DNA of 64,000 nucleotides from a virus (IMGVR_UViG_2721755553_000003:236-64235), one strand, 5' to 3'; positions 1-9,272 are shown, numbered from the stretch's first letter. The notes: generated by a model not told the origin, from the sequence alone. Numbers and translations are program-made.

Positions 1-22
1 TGCTGGCGCACCCGGTGAAGGC

Positions 23-208
23 ATGATTCTCGAAGAGGATCCCGTGGCCGAGGCCGTCACGGTCCTCATCTCGCGCGGGCACACCGTCGAGCCCGACGAC
101 GACTTCGAGAATTGGCGCGTCGACGGAGGCGACTGGCTCAGCACGGGCGACCTGCTGGCGTGGGCTATCGTGCTCGGCCTGAACGGCGGCGTCGGCCGGC
201 TGCAGTAG
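23..208 (+). CDS. Small hypothetical protein (61 aa)
   Basis: ATG-started ORF, protein-like composition. Confidence 0.55.
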   Translation: MILEEDPVAEAVTVLISRGHTVEPDDDFENWRVDGGDWLSTGDLLAWAIVLGLNGGVGRLQ

Positions 209-210
209 CT

Positions 211-456
211 GTGCCTGTCGAACGCACCGGCGCCCGACCGCGCCAGGACATCCGGCCACGCGTACTGGCGGCGCTGACGTCCGAGCCGTCCACTGCCACC
301 GAAATCGCCGAGCGCGCCGGCATTCCGGGCCGAGAGCGCGCCGTGCAGGCGACCCGCGCGCTGGAGCAGCTGGAGGCTGAGGGACTGGCTTACAGCGTCA
401 TCCGCCGGACGCGGATCCGGTGGCGCGCCGCGGCGGCCGCTCCCGCCTATCGATGA
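211..456 (+). CDS. Small winged-helix DNA-binding protein
   Basis: GTG at 211, 3 nt after the previous stop; STATEIAERAGI...RALEQLEAEGLAYSV resembles a wHTH. Confidence 0.55.
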   Translation: MPVERTGARPRQDIRPRVLAALTSEPSTATEIAERAGIPGRERAVQATRALEQLEAEGLAYSVIRRTRIRWRAAAAAPAYR

Positions 457-874
457 TCCGCGCTCGATCTCGCAGGGTAACCTCGTGCGTCGGCCATTCC
501 AGGCACGCGGCATCGAACGCCGCCTTGGCCATCGACAGCGGGTAGATCGTCGCGAGGTGCAGTTCGACGTTGCCGCCGGTCTCCCGCCAGATCTCGATCG
601 TGTATGGGACGCCCGGCGGCACCGGCGGGATCTGCTTGGCGGCCGGCGGCAGCGTGATCGCGGCGAGGCAGAGGTGCTCGTACTTCCGCGCGGGTGGCGC
701 CCCGGGCGCGCGCTGGTAGCGGCACGAAGCCGTCAGATGCCGCAGCAGGTCGAGCGTCGAGATGTCGGCCCCATGGCGATTGATCAGGCTGGCCACGGTG
801 TACCGGCCCGAGCGCTTGCAGGTCGCGCAGTCGACGTACACCCGACCGGGCCCCGCATCCCTCAGGCGCGCCAT
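398..874 (-). CDS. Hypothetical protein with Cys motifs (CATC, C...C), LexA box upstream
   Basis: 158-aa ORF with GGAGGG SD and an upstream GTTC-N7-GTTC. Confidence 0.7.
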   Translation of the reverse strand: MARLRDAGPGRVYVDCATCKRSGRYTVASLINRHGADISTLDLLRHLTASCRYQRAPGAPPARKYEHLCLAAITLPPAAKQIPPVPPGVPYTIEIWRETGGNVELHLATIYPLSMAKAAFDAACLEWPTHEVTLRDRARIIDRRERPPRRATGSASGG

Positions 875-894
875 TCTGGTGGCCCTCCGCTCGC

Positions 895-909
895 GAACGA
901 ATACGGAAC
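895..909 (-). promoter_or_regulatory. Alphaproteobacterial LexA (SOS) box
   Basis: Plus strand GAAC-GAATACG-GAAC = GTTC-N7-GTTC on the coding strand, 21 nt upstream of ATG 874. Confidence 0.75.
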
Positions 910-1004
910 AAGCCTGAGGTGTGGGCGCGCTTCAACCGGCGGCAGCCGAGGCGCGCGAGATCATGGTGGAGCGGTGTGGATGGCGCTCGGAAAGCCGAGA
1001 CCCG

Positions 1005-1418
1005 TCAGGCGCTTCGGCTGACCCGAGCAGCGAACTCCCAGACCGGCGGCCCCCAGGTCTGCCCGGGCTTCGTCCGGTAGCCGGAGAAGCGGTCGAACAC
1101 GATCCGGTCCGGTTCCACGCCGACGACCCGGCTGTCGTTGACCATCAGCGCGCCGGCATACTCGACGCGCAGGAAGCCGTGCTCCAGGTGGACGCCGAAC
1201 AGCTGCGGCGCGGTCCAGCCCAGCCGGTGCGCCTCGGCGCCGTGCTGGTCGAGGAAGGCCAGAGCGTTCGCGCGCATCGCCGCCCATCGCGTCGGGGTCA
1301 GGTACCGGCACGGCGAGGCGTGCTCGGACAGGCGCTCGATCTGGTCGCGCCAAGAAGCGACAGCGGGCGGGAGGTCGGCTGGGGCGGCGCTTGCAGACAT
1401 GCCCGCCGCGCTACTCAC
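1005..1418 (-). CDS. Hypothetical protein (137 aa)
   Basis: ORF with globular composition. Confidence 0.65.
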   Translation of the reverse strand: MSSAAGMSASAAPADLPPAVASWRDQIERLSEHASPCRYLTPTRWAAMRANALAFLDQHGAEAHRLGWTAPQLFGVHLEHGFLRVEYAGALMVNDSRVVGVEPDRIVFDRFSGYRTKPGQTWGPPVWEFAARVSRSA

Positions 1419-1506
1419 TTGAGGTTAATAAAAGCTGGGCCGGGCGCTTGTGACAGCGGCCCGGCCCGGTCATCCTCGGAGATGCGACTCAACCGATGGA
1501 TGTGGG

Positions 1507-2427
1507 ATGATACTGAAAAATCTGCGCGTTATCACGATATGTTTGCTGGCGATGGCTGGGACTGCAGAAGCTCAATCCCCAGGGAACCCCCAAAAGACTG
1601 AAAGCCAACAGCAAGACGCCAACTCCAAAAAGGCTGAACCCTCTCCGCCGCAACCGGAGATTGGGGCTGTCACCGTTCAGCCGCAGCGTTCCGACGAGAG
1701 CCTGGCTGAGACCAAGGTGTATGAGCCCGATTGCGGGAAGCCCAAGAGCCAGCCCGAAGCCGATCTGTGTGTACAGAGGCGCGTTGCAGATGCTGCCGAA
1801 AGCGCTTTGCATTGGACTCGGATCCAGACCGGCGGCGCGCTCGTAGGCCTTGTACTCGTTCTGGCAACCCTAGGGGTCACGGCTTGGACAGGCAAGGCCG
1901 CAAGCATCGCAGCTCAAGCAGCAGTAGATGCTGTAGGCGCTGAGCGAGCATGGATGACATTCGAAGGCATACAGCCAGCGACGATGTTAAATGCTCCAAT
2001 TGGAAATGGTAAAATTGAGCCAAAAATATATGGAATTGCGATACAATGGAAAAACACCGGCCGTAGCCCATCGATTAAAAACGGCATCACTAGCAATATA
2101 CAATACATAGGAAAGAACGATGAAATCCCATTTTTCGAAAATAATATAAAAGAAGAATTTAGATCAGGAACAATTGGTCCAGGGCGAACTGTTATTACTT
2201 CATTTTTTTGGCTCCCTCCTGATATTTGGGAAAGTTTTGCAGAGGGAAATATTGATATTGTAGCGTGGTCATCGGTCAAATATGCAACTACGTTCAATAG
2301 AAGTCGTATTTGCGAAACCGAGGTCACTTTACGCATAAGTTATGATGGGTTCCGAACCGGAGAGAATGGAAGTTCTTCGCCTAATTACGCGACACACGTT
2401 ATGGGCCCGCAAAATGATGCCACTTAG
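1507..2427 (+). CDS. AT-rich moron: signal peptide plus one TM segment, unknown function
   Basis: MILKNLRVITICLLAMAGTAEA signal; TM GGALVGLVLVLATLGVTAW; 3' half visibly AT-rich; antisense to the late operon. Confidence 0.75.
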   Translation: MILKNLRVITICLLAMAGTAEAQSPGNPQKTESQQQDANSKKAEPSPPQPEIGAVTVQPQRSDESLAETKVYEPDCGKPKSQPEADLCVQRRVADAAESALHWTRIQTGGALVGLVLVLATLGVTAWTGKAASIAAQAAVDAVGAERAWMTFEGIQPATMLNAPIGNGKIEPKIYGIAIQWKNTGRSPSIKNGITSNIQYIGKNDEIPFFENNIKEEFRSGTIGPGRTVITSFFWLPPDIWESFAEGNIDIVAWSSVKYATTFNRSRICETEVTLRISYDGFRTGENGSSSPNYATHVMGPQNDAT

Positions 2428-2493
2428 ATAAAAGAAAAGGCATTCCGTTAAGTTGAGAGAAGAGCCTCGGTAGGCAGGCAATTACAAACGCAC

Positions 2494-2523
2494 AAAAGGC
2501 GCCCCGGCCGAAGCCAGGGCGCC
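2494..2523 (-). terminator. Intrinsic terminator at the end of the late/lysis operon
   Basis: ggcgccc-ggc stem, c(UUCG)g loop, followed by UUUU on the minus strand. Confidence 0.8.
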
Positions 2524-2553
2524 CGCGCGTATGCACGATGTGGATACGGCCGA

Positions 2554-2910
2554 TCAGTCGGGCGGCCGTCGCATGAAGGCCTTCAGCATCGCCTCGCGCG
2601 TCTCCTTCATCTCGTCCCGCACCGAGATGACCATGTCGTCGATGCGCCGCTCCAGGCGGGTGATGACGTCGCCGGTCACGTAGGTCCGCGCCACCTCGAT
2701 CTTGAAGGCGTTCAGCTTCTCCTCGATGGACCTGATCTCGATCTTGGCCGCGGCCATGTCGATCGTGAGCGGCGAGACCGCCTCCTTCGTGCCGGTGCGC
2801 AGCTTCCCCACGACCCAGTCGACGCCCTTGCCGACCGAGAACAGGAACAGCGCGAGCGCGATGAGCTGCGCCCAGGTGATCGGCCCGGGCGACAGGAAGG
2901 ACGTGTCCAT
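2554..2910 (-). CDS. Lysis-cassette membrane protein (1 TM plus coiled coil)
   Basis: WAQLIALALFLFSVGKGV TM; position after holin-like genes. Confidence 0.75.
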   Translation of the reverse strand: MDTSFLSPGPITWAQLIALALFLFSVGKGVDWVVGKLRTGTKEAVSPLTIDMAAAKIEIRSIEEKLNAFKIEVARTYVTGDVITRLERRIDDMVISVRDEMKETREAMLKAFMRRPPD

Positions 2911-2956
2911 GGCGGCGGTCTTTCGCGGCCCTACCCCTCTCCGGGGCGGGAGAGGG

Positions 2957-3370
2957 TTAGCGGGTGAAGGTCTTCTTGACGCCGAGCAGGCCGATCAGCC
3001 CGACGCCGGCCCAGATGATCGTCTTCTGGATCTCAAGGTACTCGCCCGGCATCGCGGCGATCTTCCAGGAGCCGACCGTGTGACCGTCCCAGGGGAAGCA
3101 ATCGAAGGTCACGGCGCCGAAATGGATGATCGCGATCGCGAACGCGACCGGCATCATCCAGGCGGTCAGCAGGGAAGCCCGGTCGGCGTTGCGGGCGGCC
3201 GCGACCTGCTGCTGGGCCACGATCCAGGCCTGGAACATCTGCGCGTTGGTCGAGACGTCGGCACCGACATCGACCTGGTGCTTGGCGAGATCCGTGTCAG
3301 CCCGCTTGTTCGCGAAGTCGAGGATCTTGCCGAGCAGGCCGGGGACGAGGGTCAGGAGAGCAGCGATCAT
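2957..3370 (-). CDS. Putative holin (3 hydrophobic segments)
   Basis: Hydrophobic segments, basic C-terminus, adjacent to endolysin. Confidence 0.65.
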   Translation of the reverse strand: MIAALLTLVPGLLGKILDFANKRADTDLAKHQVDVGADVSTNAQMFQAWIVAQQQVAAARNADRASLLTAWMMPVAFAIAIIHFGAVTFDCFPWDGHTVGSWKIAAMPGEYLEIQKTIIWAGVGLIGLLGVKKTFTR

Positions 3371-3645
3371 CAGCGGGACCCTCCGGGCGCGTCACGGTCC
3401 GGCGCGCGCATGGGCGGCGTGGTCGTGTAGGCTCGCATCACGAGGCCCATCAGGAAGCACCCGGCCACGATCGCCTTCGCGGTCCCCTCTGGCGCGCCCA
3501 TGTCGATGAGCAGCTGCCGGAAGTCGACGGCGTGCAGCGCGTCGAGCAGCGCCAGCAGGAAGGCCGGGGTGAAGAAGATGAAGGTGCGCCAGCCGCTGAG
3601 GCGGCGCCACAACACGCGGGCTCGGTGGAAGCGAGAGCGGGGCAT
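3370..3645 (-). CDS. Small 2-TM lysis protein (holin-like)
   Basis: Two hydrophobic stretches; TGATG coupling with neighbouring genes. Confidence 0.65.
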   Translation of the reverse strand: MPRSRFHRARVLWRRLSGWRTFIFFTPAFLLALLDALHAVDFRQLLIDMGAPEGTAKAIVAGCFLMGLVMRAYTTTPPMRAPDRDAPGGSR

Positions 3646-4265
3646 CAGGCGGCCTTTCGTCCGAGGAAGAGGTCGACGAGGCGGGTGAAGAGGCTGGGCC
3701 GCGCCGCGGCGGCCGGCTTCGCGCCCGTCATCGGCGCGAGCGGATCGGGCGCGGTCGCCGGCGCCGGCAGCGTCCCGGCCATCGCCTTGACCGGCGAGCG
3801 GTCGCCGCGGCGCGCGTAGACCTTGGCGCCGGCGTAGGAGGCGAGGGCGGCCTGATCGCGCTCACCCTGCCGGCGCGAGATGATCGCGGCCGGCTTGTTC
3901 CACATCAGGAACGCCTCGACGGCGCCCGGAAGATCTCCGGCGTTGGCGCGGCGGACCACGGTCGAGTGCGCGAAGCCGACCGGCCCGATGTTGTAGGCGA
4001 GGCTCACGCAGGCATCGAAGAACGGCTGCGGGACTGGCTTGGCCAGGGCGGCACGGACGGGGGCCGCGTACTTTTCCAGCGCGGCGGCGAAGAGCGCGTC
4101 GGACTGGAGCGGCGTGATCGTGAGGCCCGGCACCACCTTGATCAGCCCGGAGGCGGTCGTGATCCCGGTCCCGATCGTCCAGACGCCGACGGAATCCTTG
4201 TAGGCGGTCAGCCGAGTGCCTTCGCGCCCCTCAAGGGCGGCGCGTCCGATGGGCGAGACGTCCAT
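3645..4265 (-). CDS. Endolysin, GH24 phage lysozyme
   Basis: REG..L.AYKDSVGVWTIGTG catalytic region; FDACVSLAYNIG; RRQGE. Confidence 0.92.
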   Translation of the reverse strand: MDVSPIGRAALEGREGTRLTAYKDSVGVWTIGTGITTASGLIKVVPGLTITPLQSDALFAAALEKYAAPVRAALAKPVPQPFFDACVSLAYNIGPVGFAHSTVVRRANAGDLPGAVEAFLMWNKPAAIISRRQGERDQAALASYAGAKVYARRGDRSPVKAMAGTLPAPATAPDPLAPMTGAKPAAAARPSLFTRLVDLFLGRKAA

Positions 4266-4278
4266 GGTGGTCTCCGGG

Positions 4279-4611
4279 TCAGCCGAGGATGGCGAGGTGG
4301 ACGCGGCCGACGCCCGACAGGCCGATGGCCCGGGCCGCGCCGCGCGAGAGGTCGATCGCCCGGCCGGCGATGAACGGGCCGCGGTCGTTGATGCGCACGA
4401 CCACCGAGCGGGCGCCGTAGGTCACCCGCACCAGGGTCCCGAACGGGAGCGTGCGGTGCGCCGCGGTCAGGCCGTCGGGCACGAACCGCTCGCCGTTCGC
4501 CGTGCGGTGGCCGGTGCCGTACCAGGATGCGGTCTCGGCCAGGGCGCACGGGGCCGATCCCGCGAGCACGAGGCACGCGAGGGCGGCCAGCGCCGGGAAG
4601 CGCAGGGTCAT
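4279..4611 (-). CDS. RlpA-like DPBB domain protein with signal peptide
   Basis: ASWYG..TANGE....LTAAHRTLPFGT...VRINDRGPF..GRAIDLS. Confidence 0.9.
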   Translation of the reverse strand: MTLRFPALAALACLVLAGSAPCALAETASWYGTGHRTANGERFVPDGLTAAHRTLPFGTLVRVTYGARSVVVRINDRGPFIAGRAIDLSRGAARAIGLSGVGRVHLAILG

Positions 4612-4689
4612 CAGGATCTCGGAGGAGGGGAGCTTGAGAGGAGAGCTTAGGCGCTCAGCGCGCGCGCCCGGGTCACGAGCGCCTGCACG

Positions 4690-6471
4690 TCAGTTGCCCC
4701 GCGCATACCAGGTGAAGGGCTCGCCCGCGCGGGCCGTCGTCGTGCCGTTGTTGTAGCGCGGGTATGCCGTGAAGCCGGTCAGCGACGCGGTGCTGGCGGA
4801 GACGCCTTCCAGGGTGCTCGCGCTCGACGAGGCGCCCTGGATCATCGCCTGCAGGAACCACACGGCGTTCGGGAACGCCTTCGGGAACGTAACGACCGGA
4901 TCCGATCCCGAGGAGCCGACGGTGCCCCACTGCTCGATCTCGCCGGTGGACCAGACGATGTAGCCCGTCGGACCGAGCTGCTGGCTGACGATGCGCCGGG
5001 GATCGCTCGCCCGGCTCAAGCCCTGCGTCAGGTAGTTCGCCGTCCGCCCGCGCAGCCGGCCCGACACGTCGGCGCTGATCGCATAGGAGGTGGGCACCTC
5101 GTAATAGCCGTAGCGCGGGAGGTTCGCCTGGGTCGACCACGACCGCACGTTCTCGATGCCGAGGTCGTCGATGTTCTCGATCGGCTGGACCCTGATGACG
5201 TCCGCCGTGTTCGTCGCGCTGCGGAAGCCGATCTCCTTGAACCGCACACCGTCAATGATGCAGTGGTTGCGGGTGATCAGGATGCCGAAGTCGTTGGCGC
5301 CCACCACGAGGCCGCCCTTGACCGTCGCCGCGCCCGCCAGCCAGAACCCGCCGCCGGCCGGGAAGAAGACCTGGCAGCCGTCGAACTCGACTTCGTTGGT
5401 TCCCGTGTAGAAGGCCGCGCTCTGGATCGGGTTGCCGCTGGTCCCGTTCTGCGCCGACTCGAAGCTGGAGCAGCCGATGATGCGGCCCGTGGCGCCGCCG
5501 CCATCGTCGACGGTGACGGCCCCGTTCGACTTGCGGTCGATGCAGGCCACAACCGTGAAGTTGGCCGCCGAGACGAGGTTGATGCCGGAGCCGATCCGAC
5601 CGGGACCACCGGCCACGTGGGTGCCGCAGCCGCAATTGCTGGTGCGGATCATCTCGGCCAGGAAATCGACCGGCTTTCCGGCCGCGCCCCCGGGGCCGTA
5701 CGCCTGCGCCGCGACCGAGAGGCCGTTGTCCCACGCATCGTAGATGGTCAGGTCGCGCGCCGTGGTCCGGTCCGCGCAGACGATCACTGCCGAGCCATAC
5801 GGCACGCTGTAAGTGTCGCCGGCGCCGATGGTCGGGTTGACCTTGTCGGCCCCGACCGCTTGCACCGTCAGACCCTGGAGCAGGCAGTCCGTCGCCGTGG
5901 CGGGCACGAGGATCAAGGGCCCCGCGGCCGATCCCGTCACGCGTCGGTTCACGAAGACCGACCCCGCGCCCTTCCCGACCAGGCGCGTGCCCACGGCCGC
6001 GAGCGAGACGACATCCGAGAGGTTGAAGGTCATCTGCGGGACGAGCAGGTCGACCTCGCCGCTCGACAGCGCCTTCTGCACGAGGGTCGTGTGATCCGTG
6101 CTGGTCGATCCGTAGCTGCCGAACTCCGGGATCGACCAGGGCTGATCCTGCGAGCGGGCGAGATACGGTCGCGCGATGGCGCCACTTCTGCTGAGCGAGT
6201 TGGTCGACGGCACGCCGCCCAGCGCGTTCAAGGCATCGCTGGGGGTGGCCGCGCCCGTACCGCCCGCCGTGATCGGCAGCTTCGGCACGGTCCCGTTCGC
6301 CGCGGTCTGCGCCATGGCGCGCGGCGTCAGCACGGTGGCCCCGGCCAGGCCGAGCAACAGCGGGGCGAACCGCCTGCGATCGGCCACCGGCTCGGCCGGA
6401 AGGGGCTTGGGCTCCCGGATCTTCGTCCGGGTCAGGAGGGAGTTGAGCAGCGGCATCGCTAACGGCCTCAC
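4690..6471 (-). CDS. Tail fibre/tailspike: beta-helix (pectate-lyase-like) body and gp53-like C-terminal domain
   Basis: PITAGGTGA..ALNALG motif; beta-helix-like repeats; C-terminal GEIEQWG...VTFPKAFPNA. Confidence 0.75.
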   Translation of the reverse strand: MRPLAMPLLNSLLTRTKIREPKPLPAEPVADRRRFAPLLLGLAGATVLTPRAMAQTAANGTVPKLPITAGGTGAATPSDALNALGGVPSTNSLSRSGAIARPYLARSQDQPWSIPEFGSYGSTSTDHTTLVQKALSSGEVDLLVPQMTFNLSDVVSLAAVGTRLVGKGAGSVFVNRRVTGSAAGPLILVPATATDCLLQGLTVQAVGADKVNPTIGAGDTYSVPYGSAVIVCADRTTARDLTIYDAWDNGLSVAAQAYGPGGAAGKPVDFLAEMIRTSNCGCGTHVAGGPGRIGSGINLVSAANFTVVACIDRKSNGAVTVDDGGGATGRIIGCSSFESAQNGTSGNPIQSAAFYTGTNEVEFDGCQVFFPAGGGFWLAGAATVKGGLVVGANDFGILITRNHCIIDGVRFKEIGFRSATNTADVIRVQPIENIDDLGIENVRSWSTQANLPRYGYYEVPTSYAISADVSGRLRGRTANYLTQGLSRASDPRRIVSQQLGPTGYIVWSTGEIEQWGTVGSSGSDPVVTFPKAFPNAVWFLQAMIQGASSSASTLEGVSASTASLTGFTAYPRYNNGTTTARAGEPFTWYARGN

Positions 6472-6809
6472 TGTGCGATCAGGACGAAGCCGCCGCAGGC
6501 GAACGGCTGCCCGGCCGGAACCGGGGCTGCGGTGCTGCCGGGCACGCAGGCCGGCAGGTTGGAGGCGCTGGGGATGAAGGCGCTCGGCAGCGGCGACGGC
6601 GCGCCGCCCGGCAGCGTCACCTTCATCCCGGAGATGTCGCAGGCCGCGCCGGGCGCGCAGGTCAGGCCCGAACCGTTGATGGTCAGGCCCTCGACGTTCG
6701 GCCGGTACATGTCCGGTGATGCGTACCGCGGCGCCCTCGAAGCATCGTAGGCGACGGCCGGCCCGGCGATCATGGCCGCGGCGAGCGCCGCGAGGAGACG
6801 GAAGCGCAT
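6468..6809 (-). CDS. Hypothetical tail-region protein with Sec-like signal peptide
   Basis: MRFRLLAALAAAMIAGPAVA; overlaps the next gene by 4 nt. Confidence 0.7.
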   Translation of the reverse strand: MRFRLLAALAAAMIAGPAVAYDASRAPRYASPDMYRPNVEGLTINGSGLTCAPGAACDISGMKVTLPGGAPSPLPSAFIPSASNLPACVPGSTAAPVPAGQPFACGGFVLIAQ

Positions 6810-6817
6810 GGCGGTCC

Positions 6818-7054
6818 TCAGGAGGCGACGAACTGGAGGGTGTTGCCGGAGATCCAGGGATCCCCGACGCTGAGACCGTCCGGCGACTTCGGCAGGAGGT
6901 CGTAGGCGGCGCGCAGGACCGCGCCGGGCTGAGCCTTGAGCAGCGCCAGGGCGAGCGCCGGGCTGATCACCGTGCCGGCGTCGAGGGCTGCCTGCGCCTG
7001 GCCGGTGGTGGCGAACTGCAGCGGGGTCGGCGGCGGGATCGCGGGCGCGGCCAT
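6818..7054 (-). CDS. Small tail-region protein (78 aa)
   Basis: ATG at 7054 directly after the upstream stop; C-terminal part of track ORF 6818..8278. Confidence 0.65.
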   Translation of the reverse strand: MAAPAIPPPTPLQFATTGQAQAALDAGTVISPALALALLKAQPGAVLRAAYDLLPKSPDGLSVGDPWISGNTLQFVAS

Positions 7055-7056
7055 CG

Positions 7057-8226
7057 TCAGTTCCCCTCGTAGAAGAAGACGTCGCCGGCCGTGCCGTTGA
7101 CAGAGACGGCGTTGGCGTTCGAGCAGGCGAAGGAGGCGGCCTCGCCCGGCGCGAGCGGGTAGCCGGAGCCGGTGCCGTCGATCACCGTCGTCACGCCGGC
7201 GGGCCCGACCACGCCGGGCGAGGCCGAGGTCTGCGCCGCGTTCGACGTCTTGGCCTTCACGACGATGCCGTTGACCAGCGACACGTTCGGCAGCGCCACG
7301 GCGGTACCGGTGGTGGCGATCTTCACCTGGCCGGTGACGATGCCGGCCGGCGTCGGTGTGGCGACCTTCAGCGTGCCAGCGAGGAGGGCGCGGATCGCCT
7401 CGGACTTCGCGTCGGTGGCCGCGCCCGCCGGGAGGGGGAGGGCTGCGGCCGAGATCGGCTGAGTGACCCCGGATCCATCCACCGGAATGCGCCCGGCGAC
7501 GAGGGCCGGCACCCGGGCGAGCAGGGTGGTCCAGTTCCCAAGGCCGCGGCGGAGCAGCGCCAGGACCGAGCCCGGCGCCGTGTCCGAGCCGGGGTCCGTG
7601 TCCGACGGCGTTCCGAGGCCGGTCGCGAGGTTCGAGAGGCTGGCGTTGCCCGTGCCCTGGAGCGCTGAGGTCGCGGCGCCCGCGGGCAAGGGGAGGGCGA
7701 CGGCCGAAACCGGCTGCGTCACCCCCGACCCGTCGACCGACAGCCGGCCGCCGACGAGCGCGGCGGGTAACCGATCGCGGATCGCGGCGAGCACCGTGGC
7801 GATGCCAGTCTGCGTCCCGAGCAGGCGGGTCAGCTTGGCGATCAGTGAGCCCGCACCGGCATCCGAGCCGGGCGCCGCGTCCGCGGGCGTGCCGATGCCG
7901 GTCGAGATATTCGACAGCGTCACGTTGCCGGTGGCGAGCAGCGCCCGGCACGCCTCCAGCCTGACATCGCTCGCGACGTCCACGCCGTCGTCGCGGAACC
8001 CGATGATCGGTCCGGGCGACAGAAGCTTGGTGCTGAAGGCCAGCGTCAGGACCTGGCCGTTGATCGACTTCCGGCCGAGCCCGCGGCGCCCGACGGCATA
8101 GATCCACTGGTTCGTCGGCTCGTGCAGAACCGCCAGCACGGTCCGCGGGTCGATGTTCACGCCCGAGAAGTCGAGCGTGCCCGCGGCGGGGTTCAGCACC
8201 ACGCCGGTGAGGTCGATCTGCTTCAT
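7057..8226 (-). CDS. Tail/structural protein with an internal ~80-aa duplication
   Basis: Starts MKQIDLTG; two copies of LSN..TG.GTP.D..PGSD...GS....VDGSGVTQP.SA.ALPLPAGAAT. Confidence 0.8.
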   Translation of the reverse strand: MKQIDLTGVVLNPAAGTLDFSGVNIDPRTVLAVLHEPTNQWIYAVGRRGLGRKSINGQVLTLAFSTKLLSPGPIIGFRDDGVDVASDVRLEACRALLATGNVTLSNISTGIGTPADAAPGSDAGAGSLIAKLTRLLGTQTGIATVLAAIRDRLPAALVGGRLSVDGSGVTQPVSAVALPLPAGAATSALQGTGNASLSNLATGLGTPSDTDPGSDTAPGSVLALLRRGLGNWTTLLARVPALVAGRIPVDGSGVTQPISAAALPLPAGAATDAKSEAIRALLAGTLKVATPTPAGIVTGQVKIATTGTAVALPNVSLVNGIVVKAKTSNAAQTSASPGVVGPAGVTTVIDGTGSGYPLAPGEAASFACSNANAVSVNGTAGDVFFYEGN

Positions 8227-8228
8227 GC

Positions 8229-8702
8229 TCAGATCCCGCCGAAGACCAGGGCCGCGGTGATCGCCGCATCCTCGGCATCGCTGCGCGCGATGCCGCCGAA
8301 GTCGCTGACCCAACCCGGGCCCGACGCGATGGCGAGGTAGAAGGCGCCCGCCCGCACGGCCCCGTACGGCGGCGGGGTACCGTCCATGTCGAGCCAGGGC
8401 CGGGCGCCGGTGCCGTCGACGTTCAGCGTCGGGGCCTCGGTGTTGTCGCGGTCGACCTGGACGAGGACGGCGACACCGGGGCGGAGCACCCGCACGCCCG
8501 AGGCGGTGCGCGCCACGTAGGCGTTGAACATGCCGCCCGTGCGGACCGCCCCGCCCTGGTCGCCGACGTAGCCGGCGAGGGCCGACATCAGGTCTCGGAT
8601 GAGGCCGGGCAGCTCACGGGCGGAGGCACCGTCGAGCGCCGGCACGCCGGCATCCGAGACCGCGTTGGCGGCGGGCCGCGTCGACCAGTCGAAGACGCTC
8701 AC
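8229..8702 (-). CDS. Tail-attachment-domain paralog 3
   Basis: GTG start overlapping the previous stop; (M)SVFDWSTRPAAN aligns with the next two genes. Confidence 0.75.
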   Translation of the reverse strand: MSVFDWSTRPAANAVSDAGVPALDGASARELPGLIRDLMSALAGYVGDQGGAVRTGGMFNAYVARTASGVRVLRPGVAVLVQVDRDNTEAPTLNVDGTGARPWLDMDGTPPPYGAVRAGAFYLAIASGPGWVSDFGGIARSDAEDAAITAALVFGGI

Positions 8703-9265
8703 GACTGCGCCCCGGTCGTGACCTGGAAGGAGCCGTTCGAGTACCAGAGCTTGCCGGCGCCGTCGGGCGCCTCCTTCGGCAGGAAGGCGGCCAGCGCCTC
8801 GAGCGCGGTCTGCGCGTTCAGCACCTGGAGGTCGGTGGTGGCCGGGTTGATCTTGCGCCACGCCGGCTTCTCCGGCGACACGGCCTCATCCCAGACGACC
8901 ATCTGGAGCTGGCCCTGCACGACCGCGCCGGGGGCGAGCTCGTTGCCGTCGGCCGACAGGAACGCGACCGGCCCGTAGCCATCGACCATCAGGGATGGCT
9001 CGGCCTCGTTCGTGCGGTGCGCCCAGAAGGCGATCATCGTCCCGGGCTTCGGCTTCAGCCCCGAGAAGGTGTTCACCGCGTAGAGGTCGCCGAGCCCGAC
9101 CGAGACCAGCGCGCCCGACGTGTCGGCGATGAGCTGCGCCACGCCGGCCATGAGCCCGCGCACCAGGCTCGCGTAGGCGCGCGCCGACACGCCGTCTGGA
9201 ACGGGCATGGCTTTGTCCGCGATGGCGTTGAGCCCCGCGTTGGTGGACCAGTCGAAAGCGCTCAT
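8699..9265 (-). CDS. Tail-attachment-domain paralog 2
   Basis: MSAFDWSTNAGLN; paralogous to its neighbours. Confidence 0.8.
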   Translation of the reverse strand: MSAFDWSTNAGLNAIADKAMPVPDGVSARAYASLVRGLMAGVAQLIADTSGALVSVGLGDLYAVNTFSGLKPKPGTMIAFWAHRTNEAEPSLMVDGYGPVAFLSADGNELAPGAVVQGQLQMVVWDEAVSPEKPAWRKINPATTDLQVLNAQTALEALAAFLPKEAPDGAGKLWYSNGSFQVTTGAQS

Positions 9266-9272
9266 CGGGTCC

